In this document: one piece after another, positions 26,011 to 38,444 of the stretch
Numbering within the stretch: the first letter of the stretch is position 1
Layout of the letters: each line of letters begins with the position of its first letter
Source of the DNA: Callorhinchus milii
Taxonomy: Eukaryota
Assembly (NCBI RefSeq): GCF_018977255.1
Contig: NW_024704742.1
Location: forward strand, 48,920,001 to 48,984,000
Length of the DNA stretch: 64,000 nucleotides
Direction of reading: 5' to 3'
Notes under the pieces: generated by a model
Told to the model about the DNA's origin: nothing
Database searches by the model: none
The model's input: only the letters and a program-made list of their open reading frames with translations
Program-made: the position numbers and the translations under genes

Positions 26011-29000
26011 AAAATACACATCACTTTCTTTACTCTCACTTTCCACTGTGTCACTTTCCCGCAAAGGCTCTCACAGTCTCATCGCCATCACTCACTCACT
26101 CACTCATTCGTAGCGGAAAACACTGTTTCTTTTTTCTGGTTTGACCCTTAAAAACATGTCACTCGGTCCATATGTCCGTTCATCAACTTCACGCCACACA
26201 AACTCCCCTCAGCTCTGCTAATGGCCGGAAAGCCTCTGGGAGGACCCGCCACCGTGAGGAGCATCTCTCTGCTCGTCGGCTCATTTGGTGATTGTATCAT
26301 TTTAAATGGTTCACCTTGAAAGCTTGTAATGGGGGATAAAACCATATCAGATTGGGAGAGAAGCACTTTGTGGCCACTCCTAAGGCTATCAAACTGAAAG
26401 CCACACTAAAAGGAAAGCGATGGGCGCTATTTAGCCCAGATGGACATCAGGTGCCCAGTGCAACCTGGTACAACTATAAACCCAATGGAACTGAGAGACA
26501 CCACTCAGCTCAGCGAGACTGATGGACACAGCAAAGGCCACACCATAAACGTCAACAAGTAAATGCTTCCAACTTTAAATGAAAACATTTTACCCATCAC
26601 CATCACTCCGTCTGCCCATCGCTTTTTTGTTGTTGTTGCTGTTTTATGATTGCTTCGCTCACACAGATGGTTTGATTCCCCGAAAGCCATCGGGGATAAT
26701 GCTTTGCCGCCCCCCCCCCCAAAAAAAAATGCAAGAATTATTATTATTATTATTTTTGTTATTATTATTATTTCGAGAATCTCCAGGTAGTGTGGGAGCT
26801 GCCGCAATACATTTTTATCCCCCTGTACATGCTGTGCGTACAGTAATCTCAGCCCACGAGCAAACAGATATGAGGCCAACAACGGGACGCCTGAGTGAAG
26901 TGTGTTATGTCTTCATCAAAGTTGTGAAGCTCCTCCCTGCCCTGGTACTAACTCTGCGGAATCCTGTCACACCACGGAACACACGCAGAGACCAGACAAA
27001 ACAACTTTGCCTGCAAATGGACAGATCTCACTTCTCTTGCACCATTCACCCGCAATCCCGCATTCATTCTCTCTTTTTTTTTGCAAACAAACGAGATGCG
27101 ATTCTCTCACCAACAAGTGTGTGTGTGTGTGTGTGTATGGGGGGGTGGGGGTGGTGGGGGTGACTTAAAACGCGACTATATGACCCACGCCATTTATCCG
27201 ATCCCTCTGAACGGACAGTGCGTCTGAAACTATCTAAAACCACGAGGAAAGCTGAAGAAAAGTAAAATAAATATGCAGCTTTTAAATTGAAATCCGAAAC
27301 AAATCGACCACTGGGTATAACAATTTGCAAATTGCTGAGATCTGTGGGGACACCAGCATTTACCGTGAAGATTTTGCAACTGCAGAATTTTTTTTTTAAC
27401 AATCGTATTAAACTCAGTTTGCTTTAATTATTGTTTTAAACAGCAAGGTGATTCCGTTAAATGGCCTTTGAAACGGGGACCGATGCATTTAAGGAAGGGG
27501 AAGAAGCCGTTCAGTGGGATCCTATTACAGTGTATAATCCGATTAACATTAAAGAGACATGTTTGCATTAAACTTTGTCTATCTTGACATTTCCAATGAG
27601 TTTGCTGCTCTCTTTTTTTTCCGCCACTGTATTCAACTACAAAGGAAATGTATTCATAAGAATGTTTCCTTCCCCCCTTTTTTTTCTCCTCTCTCTATTT
27701 TGTCGTTTGTATTATCTGGTTCTCTTTCTCTGCTCTGTTTGCTTTGGTGAACTTTTCTTTACAGCCGGGAGAAGAATCGGAGCCTTTTATTTTTCGATTT
27801 CATCTGAATTCCTATTTTTGTAGCTTTGATTCTTCTATTTACTGCCTTTGACTTCTCTTGTCAGTGGTGTCGAGTCGTGAGCTTTTGTCTCCTCCCACAT
27901 ATTCTATAGGAAATTCTTCAGAGAACGCCTGGTACCCGGTGATGAATCAGCTTTAAAATGGAGCAAACCAAACCGACACTGAAAAAGCCGGTTTCCGTAG
28001 TAATTTCTCTTGTTTTGGTGAAAATGCAATGGAAGAGTTTGGGGTCCGATGTGGGTGCATCACAGCAGCGGGGGGTTCAAAGTGAAGATTGGAGGAGAGA
28101 TGGGGTTTGCTTTCAGTCGTTATTTGGCATTCGCACCGTATGAATGTTCTCAGAGTTAAGAGAATGGCCTTAGATGCGACCCAAGTAAATATTGTACACA
28201 CGTAAGATACAATCACACAACGCAAGGTGTATTTCGCTAAGGTCAAAAATAGAGCACTTAGCATAGATTTTCTTCCAAATGAAAAAAAAATCCAAGTGTG
28301 TGCGTGTGTGTGTGTGAGAGAGTGTCTATATATTTACTGACACTGCTTTCCTCTCCATATAGATATATCAGTTTTTCAGAAAGACACGAACAGAAACACT
28401 ATTGCTATTTTCACAGCATAAAGGAATATATACAGCCTGAGCCATTAGTAAGTTTCGGTCAGGGCCTTTATAGTTTTAAAACTGCGATAGACCTTCCTTC
28501 AGCAAAATAAGAACTTTCTTTTTGTTTCTCTTGCAAAATGCTGTGCAGCAATTTGATTGTTTGGGAACCGTACAGTTGTGGCATTTTACTAACACGAATA
28601 ACCTTTAATAAGTATTTCACACAATGATGTGTGTGTGTGTTGTGTGCGTCAGTCAGTACACACAGAACAATAGATTGCCCTCTTAAATAAAAATAATAGT
28701 TTTACGAAAGGATATATTTTTGTCTATGTTTTCTCGCCCTTGACGTTTGACTTTATTGTTTTCAAGGTGACAAATAACACCAATATGGCACTACATTACG
28801 ATTTTATTTCTTTTTTTGTGGAGGAAAATAAATTGATTCTGATTTAGTAAGATTGCAGAGTCCCCTATATTCGGCAATTTTAATCAAAAACAGTGTGGAG
28901 TAAGGAATCTGCAGATTCGTTTTGTACATCGCTATGTATGTAGCCATGTACTAAGTCATAAAGAAAGACAGGTTAAACATTTTACAAACCGATACATTCT

Positions 29001-30300
29001 GAACTAATCCCATTTCCCTCTAAAACTTCCAACAAGTCTAAGGGGGAAAAAAATGTTCAGATACGACCGCTTATCGATAAAGTCTAATTTGACTCTTTAA
29101 ATTTAGAAAATGTACTTTATATTAAAATATTTGCATATACATTTGCAACGAAGCGATTCGTTGGATTGCCCCCCCCCCAAAAAAAAAATCACACGCAGTA
29201 TTTTCATTTCAAAAACATACCAGGGCAAGTCACACAAGACAGAAGATTATATATTTTTTTATTACTGAAAACAGAATTATCTGCTGGAAAACTCCCTGCG
29301 TCCAAAGTGACATCTCCAATGGAGTCTGAGCTCATAGCATGAAAGATTAATTCGGGTTGGATTTATTTTTAAAAGAGAAAAAAAGGGGGAAATAACCTCG
29401 TGGTGAGGATTTGCAAGTGAGCGCTGCAGTAATCCATTCAGAGCGCCTGACGACTAAAAAACGCGTTCGAGAACAGGAAAAAAATCGGAAGCATTTGGTT
29501 TTCTCATTTCATTACAAGCTTTTATTCTGGGCGGGGGCTAAACCTGGGTACAGCATAACACAGATGCAGAGCAGGTAGACTGCGAGACAACCCGCGCGTA
29601 TCAAAAGCACAGGTAAAAAGGTATTGCGTGAATTAAAAAGAAACACATTGATTGCGGTGCGCCCCAACGCGCCGCGCAGACACACACCGACTGTGTCGGG
29701 GCAGCTCACCACTGTGGGAAAGCACAATATTCTCGCAATTTAAATCAAGCTTACTACTGCACAAGAGGAAACACAATGAAATAGGTTTTGAAGAGCTAAA
29801 TACTCACAGGATGGGTGTGGGCGAAGGGGCTACGGTCAAGACTGGTCCACTCCCTTCGTGCAGAATGTGTAACATATTTCTGTTACTGTCCACACATAAA
29901 CAATTGTGGGAATTTTGCATCGTGCTGCACCGTTTTATACATGATGAGGCACCAGTAATAGGATTATTAAACAAAAAAACAGTCTCAGGCGCTGGCGTTA
30001 ACCTTTTAAAATGGCTAATTAAGTTTTGCGCTGAAAAATTAGATTTTACATTGCTTACCATTTTGGTGGTGGTTAAGCTATTTCCAGACACACTGAATAT
30101 TAAATAAAAGCCCCAGATCTTTCTACAGCTCTAAAGTAGCCTGCAACTTTACATTTTAACACACCCCGACATTTTTGCTGTGTTTGTTTCTTTAGAAATA
30201 AGTTGTGATTATTAACCCACTCCATGAGCTAATGTTATACTGATAAACTAATTACCAGTCGCTGCTGCCTGTGTCAATTACATGAAATGTAGAGTTTCAC

Positions 30301-30315
30301 AGCGACCTCGTGTGG
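30301..30315 (-). promoter_or_regulatory. Candidate CTCF site (reverse orientation)
   Basis: AGCGACCTCGTGTGG, reverse complement CCACACGAGGTCGCT, a weaker CTCF-like match at the edge of the CpG-retaining domain. Confidence 0.35.
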
Positions 30316-32979
30316 ATATAAACTCGCTTTATCCCCTCTCCACACAAGCACAACCTCAGCAAAACGCTATGGAAATCTACCAGCAGTGCTTTGGGATCTC
30401 AGGCTCAACACCATGAATCGCAAGATCCACTTTTATTTCTCAGATCCTTCTGTTCAATTAGTGCTCTAATATTTTAGGAAAATTAACCTCTTGTCATCAG
30501 TGATTGCAGAATACGACATCTCCAGGCCTATAAAAGCCCATTTCCCCCTGTATTGGAATGTTGTTCACAATATTGCAGTGAAAGTAAGATAAATAAATTG
30601 AAAGCATACGACAGTATAGTCCATGGGTGATATGTTTGTTAACAGTTGGATATGATGTGTCTTTATATACGAAAGGAAGCAGATTTGAATGGCATGACCA
30701 GATTTGTAGCAAGCATGAAAGAGACATTTTATACAAAACAAACTACTGTGATATTAAACTTTTTCTTGATTTTATAAAGTGCAATAATGGAAACTAAATT
30801 TGGTAGACGGCAAAATAGGGGTTCACACGTGACTTTATTAATTTAAGTGACTATTTATATAATTGAACAGTAGTTTCATGTTCTATTAGAGGGTTGGCAG
30901 TGATTCCCACGAGAATAAGATTAAAGGATGTGGGAACAAATTCATCCTCCTCGATTGTCCACTGTGTTTCTTTAAAGGTAGAGTTAAGATTTCAAGGACT
31001 GTTCACTTTCACCTGATACACAAAATTCTGTGGAGTTTGACTTCCACACAATACCATAACCTATAACAAGAGCCGAGTTAACTATCATATCCATTGTTTC
31101 AGCATCAGAGGTCTAAAACATCACATGATCTTAGCCTTAAGGCCATTTTCTTCAAATTTAAGATCAGCGGAATTTGGAAACACATTTTCAAATTTGGCCT
31201 TCCATTAAAAACTGTGGGGAATTGGCTTCCCGTAGTCCAAATTTAAGATCGTTATCCAAAATTTTTCACAATCTTAAATTTTAAGGCAATGGTCATAAAG
31301 TTAAGACAATCTGATATTTCAGGCCTTCAGCTCTTTAATGAACCTTTTCGATTTATCACAACTGGATTTACTTATGCCAGTGTGAATCTGAGACTTGAGG
31401 TTTTTAGCATATTATCACATGCAACAATAACTTGCAGTGATATAGCACCCCTCATGCAGGGTAGTGCTCCAGAGCGCTTGATACTGGCGGAGCACTACAC
31501 CAAGCCGGGGAAAGAGAAGCATCTATATAATTTGGTTAAAAATATAGATTTTTTTAAAAAAAATCCTTAAACTTCTTCCCCTCATCTCCTGAAGATGTTA
31601 ACCTGTCCTGGTTTCATGACCATCTTCAGGTAACTTACTGAAGTGGCCATTCTTCACGTAAGAGCCAAAAGAGTGAGTGTTGTTAGCTTATTGAACTATG
31701 AGAGGTATTATAGTCCAGTCTGATCCTGACCGGGGGAAGAAATCTTCATAGTTACTTGACTTACCAGCATGAGCCTATAATGATGTAATTCCATTATAAA
31801 AGCACTTTAGCAAGACATTAGTATCCAATGGACTTTCACCTTCTAATGAACATACACACACAAACTTTCCAGTATGGTCACTGAATAGCATTCAGAGGCA
31901 GAAATCTTGACTATTTTTAACTAATGGTCAAGTCTAGGACTTTCCAGATTTTCATACCAATTGAGCTTAATGTTTTGTCTCAATATTCATTCTAGCTCCC
32001 AGTGGTGGGTTAACAATTCCAGCACCGATAGCATTGTGATGCTATTGGAAGAGGCCCATTCAGTGCTAGACTGGTTATACGGGAAATCAAGAAATTTTCC
32101 AAGCATCCCTATAATAATAATAATTCTTGCATTTGATATAGCGCCTTATCGCATCATTGAGATGTCTCAAAGGGCTTCACAGAATATATTGTAAAGTGGA
32201 TTGACTGTGTATTTTATGGGTGAATTGCGGCAGCCAATTGATACCACCAACTCTAATGCATCATGTTCCATTAATTTACTTCACAAAACCCGCACAAAGG
32301 TAAGTATGGTAAGTATACACTGTATTGAGAGTAAATATGGTACGTTTATTGATTGTAGCTTCATTTTACTTCTCCTTCTCTGAATTTACAGGTTCCTTTT
32401 GTCTTCTTCCAAGGTTAAAGTGTTTATTTTTTTCGTTGTGTTAATTATGTCATTCCAAAATGAAAAACCCAATAAAACTTTTTCTTTAAGAAAGGCATTA
32501 TCGAAAGATAACTCCTTGTATGTTGCATGAATATAAATATACTAGATGTACCCATTGCAGCTTCACTTGCAACAAAAGGATGCAATATAGAATGTAGATT
32601 GACTCACAGACAGACACACTTGCTTACCCTTGAAAGGTTTGATTTTCGCTTTGCCATCTTTATAATGATAAACATAAATGTATAATCACTGGGACGCCCA
32701 TCCAATGCGAAAGGCACACAATGCCACAGCACCACAGTCAGCCGGTGCAGCCACTAGGTGCCAAAGGCCACTTTGACTCGGCGGCTACAAGGTGTAACTT
32801 CAGTGAAAAACGCAAAACTGAAATACATTTTAGGTCATAACTCATAAACGTTAGGAGATACCCAAAACAAATATGCCCATGTCACTCCAAGATGCAAGAC
32901 CTTTCTGATGAGGTACAAATCATGTCTCTATGTCAATCGTTTTTTGAGATCCTCCTTGAAGCGCAGACAACAGACACAG

Positions 32980-33560
32980 ACAACAATAACAACAACAAAA
33001 TTACATTTGTATAGCGCCTTTCATGTCAGGAGATGTCCCAAGGTGCTGGACAGACAAAGTTACGGACCCGAGCTGAGGGTCGGGGTGGTAAAGAGGGGAG
33101 AGCGGGGGGGGGGGGGGGGGGGAAGCAGGGAGATGGAAAGCATGGTCGAAGAGGGTCTTGAGGTGGGTCTTGAAGGTGGTGAGGGACCAGGCGAGATGGA
33201 GGGACTGCAGAATGGAGTTACAGAGGGTGGGGGCAGAGTGGCAGAAGGCCCGCCCGCCGATAGTAGGGCGAGCAAGATGGGGGACGTGAAGCAGGCCGGA
33301 GCCTGCTGAGTGGAGGGAGCGAACAGGGTGGTAGGGGTTAGGGGGGAGCACTTTGAAGGTGAGGACCAGGATCTTGAATTGTATCCTCTGTGTGATGGGA
33401 AACCATTAGATTTGGGCGAGGATGGGGGTGATAGGGTCACGGAGCCTGGTGCGGGAGAGGATATGGGCTGCAGAGTTCTGGATGATCTGCAGCCTGCGGA
33501 GGGAGGAGTTGGGGAGACCGAGAAGCAGTGAGTTTGCATAGTCGAGCCTCTATGTAATGA
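32980..33560 (-). mobile_element. 5'-truncated L2-clade LINE (RT C-terminus + 3'UTR + (TTG)n tail) inserted into the Helitron
   Basis: Minus frame reads FIT*RLDYANSLLLGLPNSSLRRLQIIQNSAAHILSRTRLRDPITPILAQI*WFPITQRIQFKILVLTFK, typical of the L2 ORF2 end. Tail is GGCGCTATACAAATGTAATTTTGTTGTTG. Confidence 0.88.
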
Positions 33561-33700
<140 letters not shown>

Positions 33701-36700
33701 ATTGTCGTTTTATTAATATAAGATATACAAGCTATAAGATATGTTGGGAAACAATGAAATATTCAATGTTTTAACATGGTCTTTCTCAAAAGTGAACAAT
33801 TTTCCATTGTTCCCCATTAAATCTCATATTCATTGGTATGAATGATGATTTCAGTCCTCAATATCATCATAATCTTTGCATTAAAAATAACCAGAGATTA
33901 TGTAATGGTGGCATTGATGGTGGTGCTGATGGTGGTGAATATACAAAGAAAAATGTAGAAGTCAGTTTGATTAACAGGTCAAACCTTTTCTGCTATTTTG
34001 TTACTTCATGGTAAATCTTTTAATCTTATTTATTTTTGTTTTCTCCTCATTGTTTCACACATTTACTTCTCAAATATTTTTCTACTTACTCTCACTATCT
34101 GTCTGTGGAGTCTTTTAGCAATATTTTTTCCTCTTCTTCACAATTAAATCTACCTCCTAGTTTAGTGTCATCGGCGAACTTGAATATAATCCCCTTTTTC
34201 CTATATCAAGGTTATTGATATGCTGGGGTAAATTTCAAACACATTATGTATTATTATGTAACATCACTAAATTGTTCCCATTCCTTAGTTATCTTCTATC
34301 TCAGTAAACCACACTGACTGAGTTGAAATTGGCTTTTTGCATTAGTTCACAAACATTGCAGCACCGTCTTTGAATTTTCACACTATTACAGGAGTTTAAT
34401 TTGAGGTCCTAAAGTCAGCATATGAATTTTGCTTTCCAGGACATCAATTTAAATCAGATGGAATCCTCTTTCATTTGTATTCAAATATTGATCTTCGTGA
34501 TGGTGGTAGTTTTCAGCATGGATATTCTCAGGTAACCATTACCAGACACTGTAGAGGATAACAGTGGGAGGCTTCACAGAAAGCAGGTGCCAATATCAAA
34601 TGTAAGAATTTATGTAATTAAATGTAATTATTATTATAACATACTATCCCATCAAGGCACTTCTTGTTTCTTATCAAACTTCACTCAAAACCGATTAAGG
34701 AAGACAAAAAAAATGATCATGATTCCCTTCATTCTTTCTGTCAAGTATCAAATCCCATTAACACTATTAACTGGGGAACACTTTATTTATGTTATAGAAG
34801 CAAAGGGTAATCGATAATGTCCATAATAAGAGTGAAGTGCTCTTGCTATATTCCGTTTAGTAAGAAATCATTCCTATATCCACCCTAAATATTCAATCTA
34901 GATATTCAATTTTGTGAAGGCCATCATAAGCGAGGATTGCATTCAAACAACAGCTAGCAGAGCTGTGTCAATGACGTCTTCAGTTTAAAAGAGCTTGGAG
35001 ATTAAGCCAAATTCAAAGGGACTGCAACTGAGAGTATAGCCCAACTAAATTGAAATCATACACATTAATTTTGCATTACCTACTATTAATAAACTTGTAC
35101 TAATCTCTGCTGATGTGATCACATGCTCCTATGGTATACTTTTATCTCTTTGCAGATAAACCTGGACCATCTGGAGTGACAGAATGTGCTGCACAGCACA
35201 TAGCACACAGTGCAAGCAGCACATCTGCACACCCCAGCTCAGAGGATCAGCAGCTGCACCAACACTAGGACAGAAGAAATTCCATCTGTCTTTATATTTA
35301 CTCTATTTCTGTAGCTGTCAGAGCATACAGAATCTGGCAAATTCTTAAATATTATCCAAAAATTGAAGCTGATTTTCTCTAATTTCTGACTTCAGACATA
35401 AGGCAGAGTTCAACAATTTACCAAATTCTGGGTGTTCTAAACTGTGACGTAAATAGAGTAAATCTTGATCCTGGTAGAATTTCTCCCACTGTGTCGTATA
35501 ACTTTCCATTAAGTTTTTGGGTGACCCAGAGGGTATAGCAACAGCAGTGCAGGAAGCCTGTGTTCGGCTGCAGGTGTGTCCTGAACATCAGCCACACATG
35601 GAGCAGAGGGGGAATGATAGATCAATGGCAATGGTGTAGCAATTCCACTTAGATTTACTCTTTTTTCATAGCATTTCAAAGTGTTCAGGATTTGGTAAAT
35701 TCTTAAATATAGTCTGAATTTTGAAGTTCTTTCAAGTACTATAGAAAACTGGCTTTAAAGTTAATAGTAATAATCCTTGAATTTGATACAGCACCTTATC
35801 ATGTCTTCAAGATGTCTAAAGCACCTCACAGAATATACTGTAAAGTGAATTGACTTATATTTTGTGGGTGAAATGCAGCAGCCAATTGCATACAGCAGTG
35901 TCTGAATTTAACAATTTGCCATATTTGCATGCTCTGAAACATTTAAAAAGATTAATTTTATACTAGGTGGAATTTCTCTCCTACTATTCTAAAGAAATGT
36001 GATGTATGAAGCAGCAGGAATTATATCCATTCAGTTCGAGAATGTGTCTTATCTGACCGGCAGTAAGGAGAGATTGTTTCACATAAAAAATCCAATAGCG
36101 TGAAAGTTTCTTCCATCTCAAAAGGCACCACCTGCAATAGAAAGTGGACAGTTATTCCAGAGTTTCTCTGGACCACCTTTAGGGATTACTTGAAATAAAC
36201 TTTTCCTCAGATGATTAAATAGGCAGGGGAGAGTCCATAATAAGGTATGTTGTGTATAGTCTGTGAAAAGAGTGTTATGATTATTCTATACTTTCTTTGT
36301 GTAGTTAGTTTTAATCAGGGCAATAAACCATTCACTGAGATTGTCGAGTTTACAAAATCACAGAGAGGTTCCGTTTTAATTTCACCTTTCCAGAATACCA
36401 AGTCTACTAGCTACCAATTACAGCATCAAGCTGCTTCTTGAATTGTTTACTTCTTGAAGATTTCTGATTCTAGAATTGCGGTGCAATATTTCTAGTCTGT
36501 GGAATTCATCCTTTTTTCCCACGCAAAATATGGATTTTACATTCTGCAGATAAAACACCATTGGGTTGAAATAGATGGTGTTATGGGTAACATTTTTGGT
36601 GATGTTGGTCTCTCATGGGAATTTCAAATTATAAGTATGCATTACAAAGTTACCCATGACATTGACCATAATTTCAGTCCAGTTGAATAAAGGAGGTCAA

Positions 36701-37689
36701 GGTCACCCAATGGACATCATTTATCTGAGCAGGAGTAAAAGTTCCTGATAAGGGAGGGTCGGTTGTAGTAGGTATAAATAATCCTTACATTTGATATAGC
36801 TCCTTTCATGTCTAAAGGACACCTTAACGTGCTCACAGAATTTGTTGTAAAGTGTAGTGACTGTGTATTTGTAGGTGAACAAATATGGGGAACAATGGCA
36901 TGAGTTGGATTGCAACATAATGTGAGGGTTGGCTTCCTGGAAGGATGAGATCGAATGAGCTGAAGGACCTAACTGATTTTGCGATCTCTTAATGATTTTA
37001 TGAGTGTTGCAAAGGGAATTCTAGGAGAATATGTATTAGATTAATGCATGGCCTCAAGAATTGGAATTTTTAGGATTACTCCTGGTGGCTAAATGCTGGG
37101 ACAGTTAGAGAGAGGCAGCTTAATGTGTGTGGTTTGAGGAATGAATGAAATGAAAGGCTTGCATCCCGACCATTTGCTGTCAGATGCTGATGGGACTTGC
37201 TGCGATTATAAATGTGATTTCATCTCCAGCATTGTCAAGGGCTGGGAGGTTAGTCGGCTTGCTTGCTTATGTGTTATATATACAAAACAGGAGGGAATGA
37301 GAGGTTAGGGGCGTAGAATCTGAAAGCAGGCGCACGGACAGGGTGGCAATGTTGCCCAAATTGGGGTGGGTTCATGCCCAATTGGGCGTGCTTTGTTGTC
37401 CTGTGAGCGTGTACCCAAAGAGGCTTTGGACGGGTGCCCCGCTTGGAAAAAAAAAGTCATTTAAACCCCCAGGACGTGTGGTTTTTTTTCCTCTTCCTTT
37501 GAAGGCCTTTCTATGACCCAGTTTGAAAAGCAACTGAGACACCCGAATTGGCCCCCATGTGCTCCCAGGGGGAGGCGGCACGTGATATTGGGCTACTTTG
37601 GGGGGCGGTCCATTAACTTTGGGCTACAAACCGCTTCTCGGCGGGGCGGGGGAGCTGGGCATGCGCAGAGGAGAGGGGCGGGGTTTCCG

Positions 37690-37783
37690 GTCCGGTGATC
37701 AGTGAGGGCTCAGTGAGCGGCGTTACCTCCTCCTCGACCGACCGACCGACCTCCTGCTCCGCTCCCGGGGCCTCTGACACCGG
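37690..37783 (+). other. TMEM33: Probable non-coding first (5'UTR) exon of TMEM33; start approximate
   Basis: Lies directly after the promoter motif cluster, contains no ATG, and ends at donor CGG|GTAAGG (37784). A branch point (ctgac, 38342-38350), pyrimidine tract and AG acceptors precede the ATG-containing exon. Confidence 0.65.
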
Positions 37784-37965
37784 GTAAGGCAGGCCGGCCT
37801 CTCCCTCCCTCCCTCCCTCCCTCCTCGAAGGCTCGGGCTCAGCACGACACTTCCCGGCGCCGCTTCTTGCTGAGGTGCCGCCTCGAGCGCTGTGTCGGCC
37901 CCGCGGGGAGGAGCTCCGAGGAATGTTCCAGAAGGCGGCCCAGCTCGTCACCGGCCGCACAGCAC

Positions 37966-38102
37966 AGCCCGGGCCTGGGCCTGAGCCGGGCCTGGGCCTG
38001 GGCCTGAGCCCGAGCCAGGACTGAGCCGAGCCTGGGCCTGAGCCTGAGCCGAGCCTGAGCCTGGGCCTGAGCCTGAGCCCGAGCCCGGGCCCGGGCCTGG
38101 CC
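37966..38102 (+). repeat. Degenerate hexamer tandem repeat (GGGCCT/GAGCCT/GAGCCC)n in TMEM33 intron 1
   Basis: About 20 units read directly, e.g. gggcctgggcctgagccgggcctgggcctgggcctgagcccgagcc... Confidence 0.9.
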
Positions 38103-38402
38103 ACAGCTACCCATTCACATGTGAAGTGACTGTGACCCGAGCCCCTGATAATGTGCGCTCACTCACCGCAGCCCCGTTACCCCCAGGAACCCCAGAGGGG
38201 CTCTGCATTTAACTGAGATGTGATGTGTGTCCGACGCGGTGTCGAGTGACCTGCAGTGGCGGAGGTGGTGGGGGGGGATCTGTTGTCGTTGTTGATGCAG
38301 CCACACGGAGAACTTTGTAACCTTGATCTAGAACTGACTGTCTGACTGACTTAACCTTATTGCTCCTCACCTAGAGGTTTTCTTCCAGCAAAATCCTCAG
38401 CC

Positions 38403-38444
38403 ATGGCAGATTCAACTGGAAATGGGCCCCAACCTGGTATCCTG
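38403..38444 (+). CDS. TMEM33: TMEM33 coding exon 1 ([14 protein letters not shown])
   Basis: cagccATGG start at 38403; donor CTG|GTGAGT at 38445, phase 0; N-terminus resembles the human MADTTPNGPQ. Confidence 0.92.

Larger units (their letters stand above)
37520..38270 (+). promoter_or_regulatory. CpG-island, TATA-less housekeeping promoter of TMEM33
   Basis: Very GC- and CpG-rich. E-box CACGTG 37579-37584; GC boxes GGGGCGGGG 37643-37651 and 37675-37683; NRF1-like GCATGCGCA 37659-37667; ETS-like TTTCCGG 37684-37690. Confidence 0.85.

Noticed and set aside
26579..27163. Longest ORF in the track (194 aa, +)
   Set aside because: Runs through poly-C/poly-A, (TTA)n and (TG)n simple repeats; no recognisable domain or supporting splice structure.
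32908..33539. Several overlapping ORFs (73-159 aa)
   Set aside because: Alternative frames of a dead L2 fragment whose true RT frame has in-frame stops.
37613..38114. Minus-strand 163-aa and 91-aa ORFs over the promoter
   Set aside because: Stop-free only because of CpG-island GC content and the hexamer repeat; low-complexity dipeptides.
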